Shown in pieces: positions 1-9,021 of a DNA stretch of 33,409 nt. The stretch's first letter is position 1; each line of letters begins with the position of its first letter. Location: the IMG/VR virus record IMGVR_UViG_3300037839_000771, positions 1 to 33,409 of that record; one strand, written 5' to 3'. This DNA is from a virus. Lineage: Duplodnaviria; Caudoviricetes. The position numbers and the translations under genes are program-made. Below the pieces are notes generated by a model that saw only the letters and a list, made by a program, of their open reading frames with translations, was not told the origin of the DNA and ran no database searches.

Positions 1-1447
1 ATCTTACGATAAGATCGCAGGTCTTTTCAAGATCTAGCCAGTTTTTAATTTCTAGCATATTCACTGCCGAAAGAATACACATCCCAATTTCGCCATTTTT
101 ATCATGATAATCATTTAATGGAATAGTAGGATGAATCACTTCTGTACAGAGGTTGCTCATTGTGACTTTATCTAACCAAGCGCCATGATTATTTGCATGA
201 TCAACATTAAGTATATAAATCCTTCCAGTTTCGACTCGTTCTTTTATTATAAGAGAAAACAATTTGCGCGCAGAAATTTTCTTTTTAATTTTTAATTTTT
301 TAGATTCGCATTCCTTATACACTTTATCAAAATCTTTAGTACCCCATGCTTCATATAATTCTGGTACTTCTGCATTGTTAAACAAGATAACATCTTCATC
401 TTTTAAAACTCTATCATAGAATAACTTACTCATCCCAACCGTATAATCTAATTTACGAACCCTATTATCATCTGTACCAGCGTTATTTTTTAATACAATT
501 ATATCTTCAATTTCGTAATGCCACCATTGAATATTGCAAGTAGCACTTCCTCCTCTTAATCCATTTTGTTGCCAAGCTTTAACGCTACTTTCATAAATTT
601 TTAAAAATGGAATTAAACCAGTATGTACCACTTCTCCATTCTTTATCGGTGATCCAACTGCTCTAATTTTACTTACATCTATTCCAATTCCACACCTATT
701 AGCTGTAGCCATACTTACAGCAGTTGCGCTAGCCGTAATACTTTCCCTAGTGTCATCAACTCCTATCAAGCAGCAACTAGCGTAGTTTTTGCTACTTGTT
801 CTAACCCCAGCCATTATTGGAGTTGGTAAGTTTATTTTATGTTTGCTGATAGCGTCATAAAATTTTCTGACATAAGAAAGTTTTGTTTCTGCTGGGTATT
901 TAGCAAAAGAGTATGCGGCAATTAGTATATAAGCAAATTGTGGAGTTTCATAAATTTGATTTGTGGTTCTATTTTTAATTAAATATTTATCGCAAAGCTG
1001 TTTTATGCCAGCGTATGTAAAAATAAAATCTCTATCGTGATCAATAAATTCACCAATTTTATTAATTTCATCTTCCGAATAATCTTTTAAAATACTATCA
1101 TCATAAATTTTATTTTTAATATTTTCTTTTAAAAATTCAGATAGTCTTGGTGGGTGCTTGCCTTTCCATACATCTTTTCTCAATTGATAGCTTAAAAGTC
1201 TAGCTGATACGAATTGATAATTTGGTTTTTCAATAGAAATTAAATTGGCTGCGCTTTCAATCAAAAGACTATGTATCTCTTTACTCGATACTCCATCGTG
1301 AATATTTATTTTTGCATTAATTTCAATGTCAGTTAAACTTACCCCAGAATAACCATCTATCGCCCAATTAATTACCCGATTGATCTTTTCAATATCAAAT
1401 TTTTCAGTTGATCCATTCCGCTTTTTTACATTTATATATTTACTCAT
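1..1447 (-). CDS. nrdA: Ribonucleoside-diphosphate reductase class Ia alpha subunit, N-terminal part (runs off the window)
   Basis: Not in the ORF track; translated by hand from ATG at 1447. MSKYINVKKRNGSTEKFDIEKI (ATP-cone start), ETPQ, LPTPIMAG, YASCCLI, GIGID, QNGLRGG, ERVETGRIY and SNLCTE (thiyl-radical Cys motif), then CILSAVN. Confidence 0.96.
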   Translation of the reverse strand, partial: MSKYINVKKRNGSTEKFDIEKINRVINWAIDGYSGVSLTDIEINAKINIHDGVSSKEIHSLLIESAANLISIEKPNYQFVSARLLSYQLRKDVWKGKHPPRLSEFLKENIKNKIYDDSILKDYSEDEINKIGEFIDHDRDFIFTYAGIKQLCDKYLIKNRTTNQIYETPQFAYILIAAYSFAKYPAETKLSYVRKFYDAISKHKINLPTPIMAGVRTSSKNYASCCLIGVDDTRESITASATAVSMATANRCGIGIDVSKIRAVGSPIKNGEVVHTGLIPFLKIYESSVKAWQQNGLRGGSATCNIQWWHYEIEDIIVLKNNAGTDDNRVRKLDYTVGMSKLFYDRVLKDEDVILFNNAEVPELYEAWGTKDFDKVYKECESKKLKIKKKISARKLFSLIIKERVETGRIYILNVDHANNHGAWLDKVTMSNLCTEVIHPTIPLNDYHDKNGEIGMCILSAVNMLEIKNWLDLEKTCDLIVR

Positions 1448-1569
1448 ACTTACTGTGAGTATAAGTTTACAGTATTTTTAAAAATTATAAAAGAAAATTT
1501 TTACTGTTGTTAACAATACTTTTAACTCACTTTAGATATGTGTACAGAATCTCTAATCTCTTATTAATT

Positions 1570-1650
1570 ATTTTCCCAATGAGCTCTTGCAAAGCGAAGC
1601 TTTCCCTGTATTAGAGGGTCATTTCGAGCTAACTGATCCATTTTCCCAAT
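1570..1650. repeat. 11-bp direct repeat ATTTTCCCAAT at 1570-1580 and 1640-1650
   Basis: Exact copies 70 bp apart, followed by GAG and TGAG respectively. Confidence 0.85.
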
Positions 1651-1810
1651 TGAGTCTATAAGCCTTTCGGCTCGCCTAACACTTATCGGATGTCGGTAGG
1701 ATCATCCATCGCGCGTTAGCCCTTGCACCTACACTCCCTTAATTTCTTAAGGTTTCTCGGGTCGCAAGCTTCGTTAGCGTTGCCCGACGTTTCGGATCAG
1801 TTCAAACTCA
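1570..1810 (-). ncRNA. Putative structured RNA (5' leader of nrdA or stand-alone ncRNA), family unassigned
   Basis: 1621-1800 is 49% GC by hand count (88/180) versus 15% in 1861-1920. No ORF of 60 aa or more. Long-range stem 1631-1639/1794-1802; hairpins CCUUAA-GAAA-UUAAGG (1737-1752) and AGCC-GAAA-GGCU (1661-1672) have GNRA loops only on the minus strand; further stems are present. Confidence 0.7.
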
Positions 1811-1864
1811 CTATTTTTAGAAAATAGCAAAACTTTGTATTATTTTACTAATACTATATGATGT

Positions 1865-1893
1865 ATACTATCTATTATTTTTTTGTTTGTCAA
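1865..1893 (-). promoter_or_regulatory. sigma70-like promoter towards the structured RNA and nrdA
   Basis: Minus-strand TTGACA (1893-1888), 17-bp spacer, TAGTAT (1870-1865). Confidence 0.65.
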
Positions 1894-1914
1894 TTCTATT
1901 TTTTATGTTATAAT
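1887..1914 (+). promoter_or_regulatory. sigma70-like promoter of the glycan island, probably giving a leaderless transcript
   Basis: TTGTCA (1887-1892), 16 bp, extended -10 TGtTATAAT (1906-1914). The ATG at 1921 is 7 nt after the -10 box. Confidence 0.7.
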
Positions 1915-1920
1915 TACTAA

Positions 1921-2682
1921 ATGTTTAGTATATATAGTTCAGCTTTTAATCTTATTAAGAATAACTTCAACTATATTGAATCTATTAATAATTTTTGTAG
2001 CTTCGCAGATGAAGTAGTAATAGCAGTAAACAAGTCAGAGGATAATACTTTTGAAGCGTTAAAATCATTGAATTTAAATAATTTAAAATTAATTGAAACT
2101 GACTTCTCTTATCAAGACCCGTTATTAGATGGCAAAATTAAAAATAAAGCTTTACAAGCCACAAAAGAAGAATTTAAAATTGGATTAGATATGGATGAGT
2201 ATATTCCATTATGGCAAAAAGACATTTGGACTAATCTAGCATATCAATTAAGGTTTGATATTTATGATTGTTATATGATACCTTCGCTTAATCTTTATAA
2301 AGATAAAGATCACTATTTTTTAATAAATCATAAGTGGTACTTGCATAAAGGAAATCTTTTTAGAGGTGCAGTTAATTTTGCTAAAAACCCAAATGGAACA
2401 GTAGATACCTCAAGAAGCGATACATGTGAATTAATAGACTCAAATGGAAATTTAGTACCATCTAAAATGTTTGATAATGATATAAACTCGCTAAGGTCTA
2501 AAATAGTTCCATTTGTAGTTCATAATGGATATTTGAATCTGCAAGATAGAGTCTTAAGGAATAAGAATTTTTGGAAACAGCATTGGAAAATTGAATCTGG
2601 CGGAACCGAACCAGCTCATAAAGTCCATGAATTTTTAGAAGATTTTTCAGAAAGATATTATCAACACAATTTAGATATATGA
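1921..2682 (+). CDS. Glycosyltransferase, GT2-like (GT-A fold)
   Basis: DEVVIAVNKSEDNT (GT2 D..S.D.T-like region) and DxD-type GLDMDEY. Confidence 0.7.
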   Translation: MFSIYSSAFNLIKNNFNYIESINNFCSFADEVVIAVNKSEDNTFEALKSLNLNNLKLIETDFSYQDPLLDGKIKNKALQATKEEFKIGLDMDEYIPLWQKDIWTNLAYQLRFDIYDCYMIPSLNLYKDKDHYFLINHKWYLHKGNLFRGAVNFAKNPNGTVDTSRSDTCELIDSNGNLVPSKMFDNDINSLRSKIVPFVVHNGYLNLQDRVLRNKNFWKQHWKIESGGTEPAHKVHEFLEDFSERYYQHNLDI

Positions 2683-3692
2683 AAGTTGCTTTAATAGCAA
2701 ATGATTATGTACAACAATTCCCATTAGAAAATTATGGAGGAATTGAAACTTGCGTTGAAAATTTAGCTCAAGGTTTATTTGATAATAAGATTGACTTCTT
2801 TGTTGTCTGTCCTAAAAGAAAAGATAAAAAAGAATACCCTTTTGAGGTTTATGAAACAGAAGAAGAACCAACATCATTAAGTAATAAGAATAGTTCATAT
2901 TATGCCTACTCTGTGGCGAAAGTTTTAAAAAATTTAAAATTTGATATAATTTGGAGTCAAAGTCATTGGAGTATCAGTCCTCTTTTATTTTTTAAAAAAC
3001 CAATCATTTCTACATTTCATGATAGTTGCGAAAAACAATATGGATGGATGAAAGATTTAGATAAGGTCAAATATAGATTTATTTCTAATTTTCAATACAA
3101 TAACTGGGTTAAAGAAGAATGGGAAAAAGAAAAAAGCTTCATGTGCTATACAGGTCTAGCAGATTCAGAATTTAAATTAAATGAATCAAAAAAAGATTAT
3201 TTTCTATGGTGCGCTGGATTAAACTGGGGATTGGACGCGAAAGGATTAGATATTTTTATAAAATTATCAGAAACTTTTAAAGATAAAAATTTTGTTGCGT
3301 ATGGAGCTGGCAATAAACAATTAGAAGAGTATCTTTTAAATAAAAATAAAACAAACTCTAATTTTTTATATAAAGGCAAACTAAACAGAGGCGAGGATCA
3401 TCAATTAGTATTTTCTAATGCTAGAGCATTTTTCCTTCCGACCAGACTACCAGAAGCATTTGGAAGAACCGTTATAGAAAGTTTTTCTAAAGGTACCCCA
3501 GTTTATGGTTCAAATAACGGAGCACTAAAAGAATTAATAAAAGACAATATAAATGGGTTTAAATTTTGTTTAGAAACTTTAAGCTTGAATTTAGACTACA
3601 GTTTTAATTATAAGAAAGTATTCGAATCATCATATATATTTAACATTTCCGAAGAAATAAAAACCTTATTAAAAGAAAGTAATAATATATGA
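2679..3692 (+). CDS. Glycosyltransferase family 4 (GT-B)
   Basis: MKVALIA..P...YGGIE N-terminus, KG motif, EAFGRTVIES..GTPV (EX7E), ELI.DNINGF. Confidence 0.9.
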   Translation: MKVALIANDYVQQFPLENYGGIETCVENLAQGLFDNKIDFFVVCPKRKDKKEYPFEVYETEEEPTSLSNKNSSYYAYSVAKVLKNLKFDIIWSQSHWSISPLLFFKKPIISTFHDSCEKQYGWMKDLDKVKYRFISNFQYNNWVKEEWEKEKSFMCYTGLADSEFKLNESKKDYFLWCAGLNWGLDAKGLDIFIKLSETFKDKNFVAYGAGNKQLEEYLLNKNKTNSNFLYKGKLNRGEDHQLVFSNARAFFLPTRLPEAFGRTVIESFSKGTPVYGSNNGALKELIKDNINGFKFCLETLSLNLDYSFNYKKVFESSYIFNISEEIKTLLKESNNI

Positions 3693-4393
3693 AATATATA
3701 AACAACGTAACGCTTTTAACAATTCTTGGTAATTCAAATCCATCTCTGAAAGAGAACTATCATTTAATGAATAAAATAATAGATTCTTCTTACGATAAAT
3801 TGAGATTTAATAATATAAAAATATTATCTGCTCAAAATGAATCGTTTGACTTTAAAGAAAAAAATGTATCAATTGTAAATATTAATCCAATGTCACAAGC
3901 GGGATATAACGCCTTTTGTGTTAACGAATTATATAAATACGTAGACACGGAATTTGTATTGCTTTTTCAAAATGACGGTTTTATTTTAAACCCTCAACAT
4001 TGGTCAGATGATTTTTTAAATTATGATTATATTGGAGCACCTTGGCCAAACCATGAAAAATCTAGAGTTGGAAATGGTGGATTTTCATTTAGAAGTAAAA
4101 AGTTTTTAAATGCGACCAAAGATCTAGTTTATTTAGAAAATATTGGACTATCTGGAGGGGTATGCACACCAGAAGATCATCTATTATGCAGATATTATTA
4201 TGATCATTTAATAAAAGCTGGCATAAAATTTGCCCCAGTTGATGTAGCTATTAGATTCTCTTTTGAACAATTTATACCAGAATATCCTTTTTGGAATAAT
4301 GATATGTCACTAGGATTCCATGGTTTATTTCAAACAGGATGGGATAATGATGAATTTAGATTAAATGTAAAAAAGCAATATAATCTATTATGA
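3689..4393 (+). CDS. DUF5672-like putative glycosyltransferase
   Basis: QNDGFILNP..W.DDFL.YDYIGAPW, VGNGGFS.RS, PED and GFHG motifs. Confidence 0.8.
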   Translation: MKYINNVTLLTILGNSNPSLKENYHLMNKIIDSSYDKLRFNNIKILSAQNESFDFKEKNVSIVNINPMSQAGYNAFCVNELYKYVDTEFVLLFQNDGFILNPQHWSDDFLNYDYIGAPWPNHEKSRVGNGGFSFRSKKFLNATKDLVYLENIGLSGGVCTPEDHLLCRYYYDHLIKAGIKFAPVDVAIRFSFEQFIPEYPFWNNDMSLGFHGLFQTGWDNDEFRLNVKKQYNLL

Positions 4394-5358
4394 AAGTAGC
4401 TTTTTTCAATCATCAATTATGCATTAGAGGGTCTACTGTGTCTTTATATAATTATGCAGTAGCTAATCAGAAATTACTAGGGAACGAATCAATTGTAGTA
4501 TATATGGCTGACGCAGAAAATATTAATCACACAGACCCTACTGTATTAGAAAAATTTAATAAAACATTTAAAACTAAAGGATTTGATAATTGGGATAGTC
4601 TAGATGAGTACCTAAAAGAAGAAAAAGTTGATGTACTTTTTAAAAGTTGCGGTGGATGGAACGATAATAAAGTAAGCAAATATGCAAAGACATGTGTCCA
4701 AGCAATTTTTGATATATATCAACCCCACGGAGATGTATATTCATATCTTCACGAATATATGTCAAACAAAATGACAGACGGCAAAGCTCCACATGTCTAT
4801 GGTATTTGTGATTATCTTCCAGAGCCTAATTTGAATTTAAGAGAAATTTATAATATCCCATCTACCGCTAAAGTGTTTGGTAGAATTGGAGCAAAAGATT
4901 CATTTAACGTAGATTGCGCAAAGCATGCAATTATAGATTTAGTTAATAATACGGAAGATGTTTATTTTATGTTTTTTGGTACAGACTCTTTTTATGAGCA
5001 CCCTAGAATTATATATTTGCCAAAGTCCCATGAATATCAAGATAAGTCAAATTTTGTGGATGCTTGTGATGCAATGCTTCACGCCAGAATAGATGGAGAA
5101 ATCTTTAGTTTATCTATATCTGAATTTTTATGGTTTGATAAACCGATCATAACATTTAATATAGGGTTTCAAACTGGACATTTTGAAATTCTAAAAGATA
5201 AAGCTATAATTTATAAAGATAAAGAGTCTTTATGCTCTATTATTAAAAATTTTAATAAAAATGATTACCCTAAAAATTACTATAAATCAATCATATTAGA
5301 TAATGGATTTACAACAGATAAGGTAATGCAAAAATTTAAAGAAGTTTACTTAACTTAA
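4390..5358 (+). CDS. GT-B glycosyltransferase (GT4-like)
   Basis: RGSTVSLYNYA, VFGRIG, DACDAMLHARIDGEIFSLSISEF (EX7E), KPIIT. Confidence 0.75.
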   Translation: MKVAFFNHQLCIRGSTVSLYNYAVANQKLLGNESIVVYMADAENINHTDPTVLEKFNKTFKTKGFDNWDSLDEYLKEEKVDVLFKSCGGWNDNKVSKYAKTCVQAIFDIYQPHGDVYSYLHEYMSNKMTDGKAPHVYGICDYLPEPNLNLREIYNIPSTAKVFGRIGAKDSFNVDCAKHAIIDLVNNTEDVYFMFFGTDSFYEHPRIIYLPKSHEYQDKSNFVDACDAMLHARIDGEIFSLSISEFLWFDKPIITFNIGFQTGHFEILKDKAIIYKDKESLCSIIKNFNKNDYPKNYYKSIILDNGFTTDKVMQKFKEVYLT

Positions 5359-6161
5359 TGAACCTAACAATAGACCGCTCAAATCGTTTAGCAAATCAAT
5401 GGTGCTGGGAATGGCACTATATTATGAATATTTTTAGAGAATTAGAAAAAATTGATTCAAATAACTATCAGTATGTATTTACAGACAACTTAGAAACGCT
5501 CCCAATTGAACCAAATAATAATACAGTAGTTTTTATTGTTTCTGACGAACGTTATACTATCCCAAAATACGCAGAAAAAATTAAAGCTATTTTTAAAAAT
5601 TACGTTCTTCCAGAGCAAGAGGCTTTAAATATATATCCTATTCCACAAGGCTACAATAAAGATTTAATTTTTTATCCATATAAAAATATAGAAGAAAGAG
5701 CTCACGACATAAGTTTTCAAGGAAACTTTCATACATCGAGACCAATTGTTATTCAAGGCATTCTTGATGAAATAAATAAAAGAAATTTACAATTAAATAT
5801 TCTATTAAATCAAAGCTCAAATACGTTTGATTATTCTAATAATTTATGGAATACAAAAATTTCATTATCACTAGACGGTCAAATTACTCCAGAAAACTTT
5901 AGATTTTTTGAATCAAGTATTTTAGGATGCGCAATTATTGCCTCTAATAATTTACCAAAAAATTGGATATATGATCAAAACCATTACATAAAAGTAGACT
6001 GGAAGAATTCAAAAGAAGTTGTAGATAACATAGAAAATTTATTAAGAGATAAGGGGTTACTAGAAAGACTTTCAATAAGATCCTACAACGCATGGAACAA
6101 TTTATACAATCCAAAAAACGTGGCATTATATATAACCAATAAATTGAAAGAAATAAAATGA
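5358..6161 (+). CDS. Putative glycosyltransferase (exostosin/GT47- or CgeB-like GT-B C-terminal domain)
   Basis: DISFQGN...R, TKISLSLDG, FRFFESSILGC. Paralogous to 6747..7556. Confidence 0.6.
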   Translation: MNLTIDRSNRLANQWCWEWHYIMNIFRELEKIDSNNYQYVFTDNLETLPIEPNNNTVVFIVSDERYTIPKYAEKIKAIFKNYVLPEQEALNIYPIPQGYNKDLIFYPYKNIEERAHDISFQGNFHTSRPIVIQGILDEINKRNLQLNILLNQSSNTFDYSNNLWNTKISLSLDGQITPENFRFFESSILGCAIIASNNLPKNWIYDQNHYIKVDWKNSKEVVDNIENLLRDKGLLERLSIRSYNAWNNLYNPKNVALYITNKLKEIK

Positions 6162-6757
6162 ATACTAAAATTAAAAAAACGCTATTAGAATATGGGCATA
6201 AAGGAATAATTACGAACAAAGGATATTTCCAATGCTTAACAGATAAAGCTGCTTTATACGCGCAAATTGGTCATTCATATGAAAATGCATATCCTCATCT
6301 TTTAGAAAGATTTCTTGAAAAAGAGGAGTTTAATATGCTTGAACTAGGAATTCATAAAGGGTACAGTTTAGAGATGTGGGCTAAAATATTTCCCCAAGCG
6401 AACATTTATGGGCTAGATTTTGATCATTCTTTAATTGACCCATACGCAAATTTAAATCAAAAAAATATTAAAATATTGCCACAAGCAAGTCAAACTGATC
6501 CCAGCATTTTAAATTTTATACCAAATATGGATTTGATAATAGATGACGCTTCACATGAACCAAATTTAACAATTAAATCTTGGGAGATTTATAGAAATAA
6601 ATTAAATAAAAATGGTTTATATATTATTGAAGATGTACCAAGCAGCATTTTTGATGAGGCTATTTTTCCAAAATTATTTAAAGATAATTTTAAATTAATA
6701 GACTTGAGATCAATAAAAGGTAGGGATGATGATATAATTTTATATTATGAAAATTAA
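6158..6757 (+). CDS. Class I SAM-dependent methyltransferase (sugar O-methyltransferase-like)
   Basis: HSY...Y, LELGIHKGYSL..W, IYGLD, DLIIDDASH, GLYIIED. Confidence 0.85.
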   Translation: MNTKIKKTLLEYGHKGIITNKGYFQCLTDKAALYAQIGHSYENAYPHLLERFLEKEEFNMLELGIHKGYSLEMWAKIFPQANIYGLDFDHSLIDPYANLNQKNIKILPQASQTDPSILNFIPNMDLIIDDASHEPNLTIKSWEIYRNKLNKNGLYIIEDVPSSIFDEAIFPKLFKDNFKLIDLRSIKGRDDDIILYYEN

Positions 6758-7556
6758 ATATTCAATGCCAGACAATCCAAGGATTGTTAGCCAATTTAAT
6801 AATTTTCCATTTGGATGTGGAGAAATAAAAAATTTTATAGATATCTGTAGAGAAATTCAATCAATTAAAAATATAGATAATACTATTTGGTATGCTGATC
6901 CAGATTATAATTCTCAAAACGCACCAGAAGGTTTATCAAAAGAAGATATAGTTTTTTACAAAGGAGATGAACACTACAGGATTCCCTCTTGGCATAAAGA
7001 TTGTAAATTAATTTTAAAACATACCGTTCGAAATGATTTCCCAGAAAATATTATACATATACCGTTTTTGTATACTTCAGATTGCATAAGATTTCCATAT
7101 GTTCCATTTAACAACAGAAAGATAGACGTATTCTTTACTGGGACTTGCTGGCCAGAAACTAATAGAAAATTTATTATAGATTACTTAAAATCAAAACTAA
7201 AGGGAGTAAATTTTATTCTTGGCGATTTCATAAACCCCAAAGAATATTATTATATTTTAGCAAATACTAAAATTTCTTTATGTTTAGATGGCAAATGGAC
7301 TCCAGAATGTTATAGATTTTCAGAATCAGTACAAGCAGGATCATTAGCTTTTTCTTCTGATTTGTCTTATTCAAAATTATTTGATAATTGCCCCTACATA
7401 AAAACTGATTGGTCTAATCTAGATCAAGTCATAGATCAAATATATTTTTACTTAACAAGTAAAGATTCTGAAGAAATTTCAATATGCGCTCATGATTTTT
7501 GGCAAAATAAGTGGCATCCCAAGAAATGGGCTGAATTAATTTTAAGTAAAATTTAA
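6747..7556 (+). CDS. Putative glycosyltransferase (exostosin/GT47- or CgeB-like), paralog of 5358..6161
   Basis: DVFFTGT....NR, NTKISLCLDGKWTPECYRFSES, YIKTDW. Confidence 0.6.
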   Translation: MKIKYSMPDNPRIVSQFNNFPFGCGEIKNFIDICREIQSIKNIDNTIWYADPDYNSQNAPEGLSKEDIVFYKGDEHYRIPSWHKDCKLILKHTVRNDFPENIIHIPFLYTSDCIRFPYVPFNNRKIDVFFTGTCWPETNRKFIIDYLKSKLKGVNFILGDFINPKEYYYILANTKISLCLDGKWTPECYRFSESVQAGSLAFSSDLSYSKLFDNCPYIKTDWSNLDQVIDQIYFYLTSKDSEEISICAHDFWQNKWHPKKWAELILSKI

Positions 7557-8506
7557 TGATAATCGCTAAAACACCATTTAGAATTTCACTAGCGGGAGGA
7601 TCTACAGATCTTGAATCTTTCCTAGATTTATATGGACAAGGCTCTGTTATAAGTTTTCCTTGTAATCTTTATACATACATAACAATTTTTGATGATAAAT
7701 TAGGCCTTAATTCTTATGATAAGAAATACATTATAGCGTACTCTAAAAGAGAGGCAATTAATCAGGTAGATAAGATAAAAAATGATATAGCGCGAATTAT
7801 TTTAAAAAAATACAATATAGCCCCAATTAATGCTACATTCAATTCTGATATATTCAGCTCAAATTGCGGGTTAGCATCATCAAGCTCTTATACATTATCA
7901 TTTTTAAATGCCATTTTTAAATTCAAAGGATTGAATTATTCCGATGTTGATCTATGTAAAGAGGCTTTAGCTATAGAAAGAGAATTTAACCCGTTAACTG
8001 GACAACAAGATATATTTGGATGCGGAATAGGTGGATTCAAAAAAATTGACTTTTTTAAAGATAAAAACCCAACATTTAAATATCTTAATTCAGATATCTT
8101 TGATAGATATGACTTTAGCTTAATATATACTGGAGTATTAAGATCTTCAACTAATATATTAAAACAAATAGATTCAAGAAAATCATTCTCATTACTTAAT
8201 CTAGTACAAGAAATGGAAATAGCTATAGAAAAGAACAGACACAAAGATTTCATATCTATTATTAAAGAAGGATGGATAAAGAAAAAAGAATCTAATCCTA
8301 ACATTATAGCAGATAAAGTGGTTAAAAAAATTGATCAAGATATATCAAATGATAAGTCTATTCTAGCTCATAGATTATGTGGGGCTGGAAACGGTGGGTA
8401 TTTTCTTATAATAAAAGAGAAAACATCAAAAATAAATTTGAATACTAGCTCTAATATTATTAATATATCTTATGATAAAGAAGGATCAAGATCCTACAGG
8501 TTTTAA
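7556..8506 (+). CDS. hddA: GHMP sugar kinase, D-glycero-D-manno-heptose-7-phosphate kinase-like
   Basis: TPFRISLAGGSTD, GLASSSS, E....GQQD..GG, LCGAGNGGY. Adjacent to a SIS isomerase. Confidence 0.85.
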   Translation: MIIAKTPFRISLAGGSTDLESFLDLYGQGSVISFPCNLYTYITIFDDKLGLNSYDKKYIIAYSKREAINQVDKIKNDIARIILKKYNIAPINATFNSDIFSSNCGLASSSSYTLSFLNAIFKFKGLNYSDVDLCKEALAIEREFNPLTGQQDIFGCGIGGFKKIDFFKDKNPTFKYLNSDIFDRYDFSLIYTGVLRSSTNILKQIDSRKSFSLLNLVQEMEIAIEKNRHKDFISIIKEGWIKKKESNPNIIADKVVKKIDQDISNDKSILAHRLCGAGNGGYFLIIKEKTSKINLNTSSNIINISYDKEGSRSYRF

Positions 8507-9020
8507 AAATAGCATTAATTTAATCAATAGAATCACAGCAAAAATAACTAATGCCGAATTAGTTGATTTTCGTCAAATATTTTATGATTATGATAATATT
8601 ATTATCATAGGAAATGGTGGTAGCAATTCAATAGCTAGTCATATTGCAGTAGACTATAATAAGTTCCTTAAAAAGAAGACGCTTGCGTTTACCGACGCAT
8701 CAATGCTAACTGGATATTTTAATGATTATGGCCTTGAACAAGTATATGTGAAATTTATTGAACAAAATTTAACTAAAAAAACTTTAGTAATACTTATATC
8801 TTCATCTGGAAACTCATTAAATATTTTGGAGTGCGCAAATTTTTGTGAAAAAAATAAAATAGCTTTTTGTTCTTTGACTGGTTTTAATAAAAATAATAAA
8901 GTAAAAGTAAAATCTGAAAAATCTAAAAACTGTAAGTTCAATTACTGGGTGGATTCAAAGAGCTACGGAGTCGTGGAGAATTGTCATCAAATATTCTTGC
9001 ATGCAATTGTGGTAAATTAA
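8472..9020 (+). CDS. gmhA: Phosphoheptose (sedoheptulose-7-P) isomerase, SIS domain
   Basis: GNGGS..IASH..D, LT...ND.G, ISSSGNS.NI, LTGF, YGVVE..H...LH. Confidence 0.85.
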   Translation: MIKKDQDPTGFKNSINLINRITAKITNAELVDFRQIFYDYDNIIIIGNGGSNSIASHIAVDYNKFLKKKTLAFTDASMLTGYFNDYGLEQVYVKFIEQNLTKKTLVILISSSGNSLNILECANFCEKNKIAFCSLTGFNKNNKVKVKSEKSKNCKFNYWVDSKSYGVVENCHQIFLHAIVVN

Positions 9021-9021
9021 T

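Noticed and set aside
1620-1745. Cobalamin riboswitch (plausible upstream of class Ia nrdA; AAGGGAG..GGUGCAA and UGGGAA are reminiscent)
   Set aside because: GCCACUG and the B12-box (AGYCAGRAGACCUGCC) are absent. Cannot be fully excluded without a covariance-model search.
1570-1810. RNase P RNA, tmRNA, SRP RNA or tRNA identity for the structured element
   Set aside because: No GAGGAAAGUCC, no GGGG...UCCACCA ends, no SRP helix-8 motif and no cloverleaf with a T-loop on either strand.
1811-1827. CTATTTT-TAG-AAAATAG hairpin as a terminator
   Set aside because: Almost all A-T pairs, a 3-nt loop and no convincing U-tract; too weak to call.
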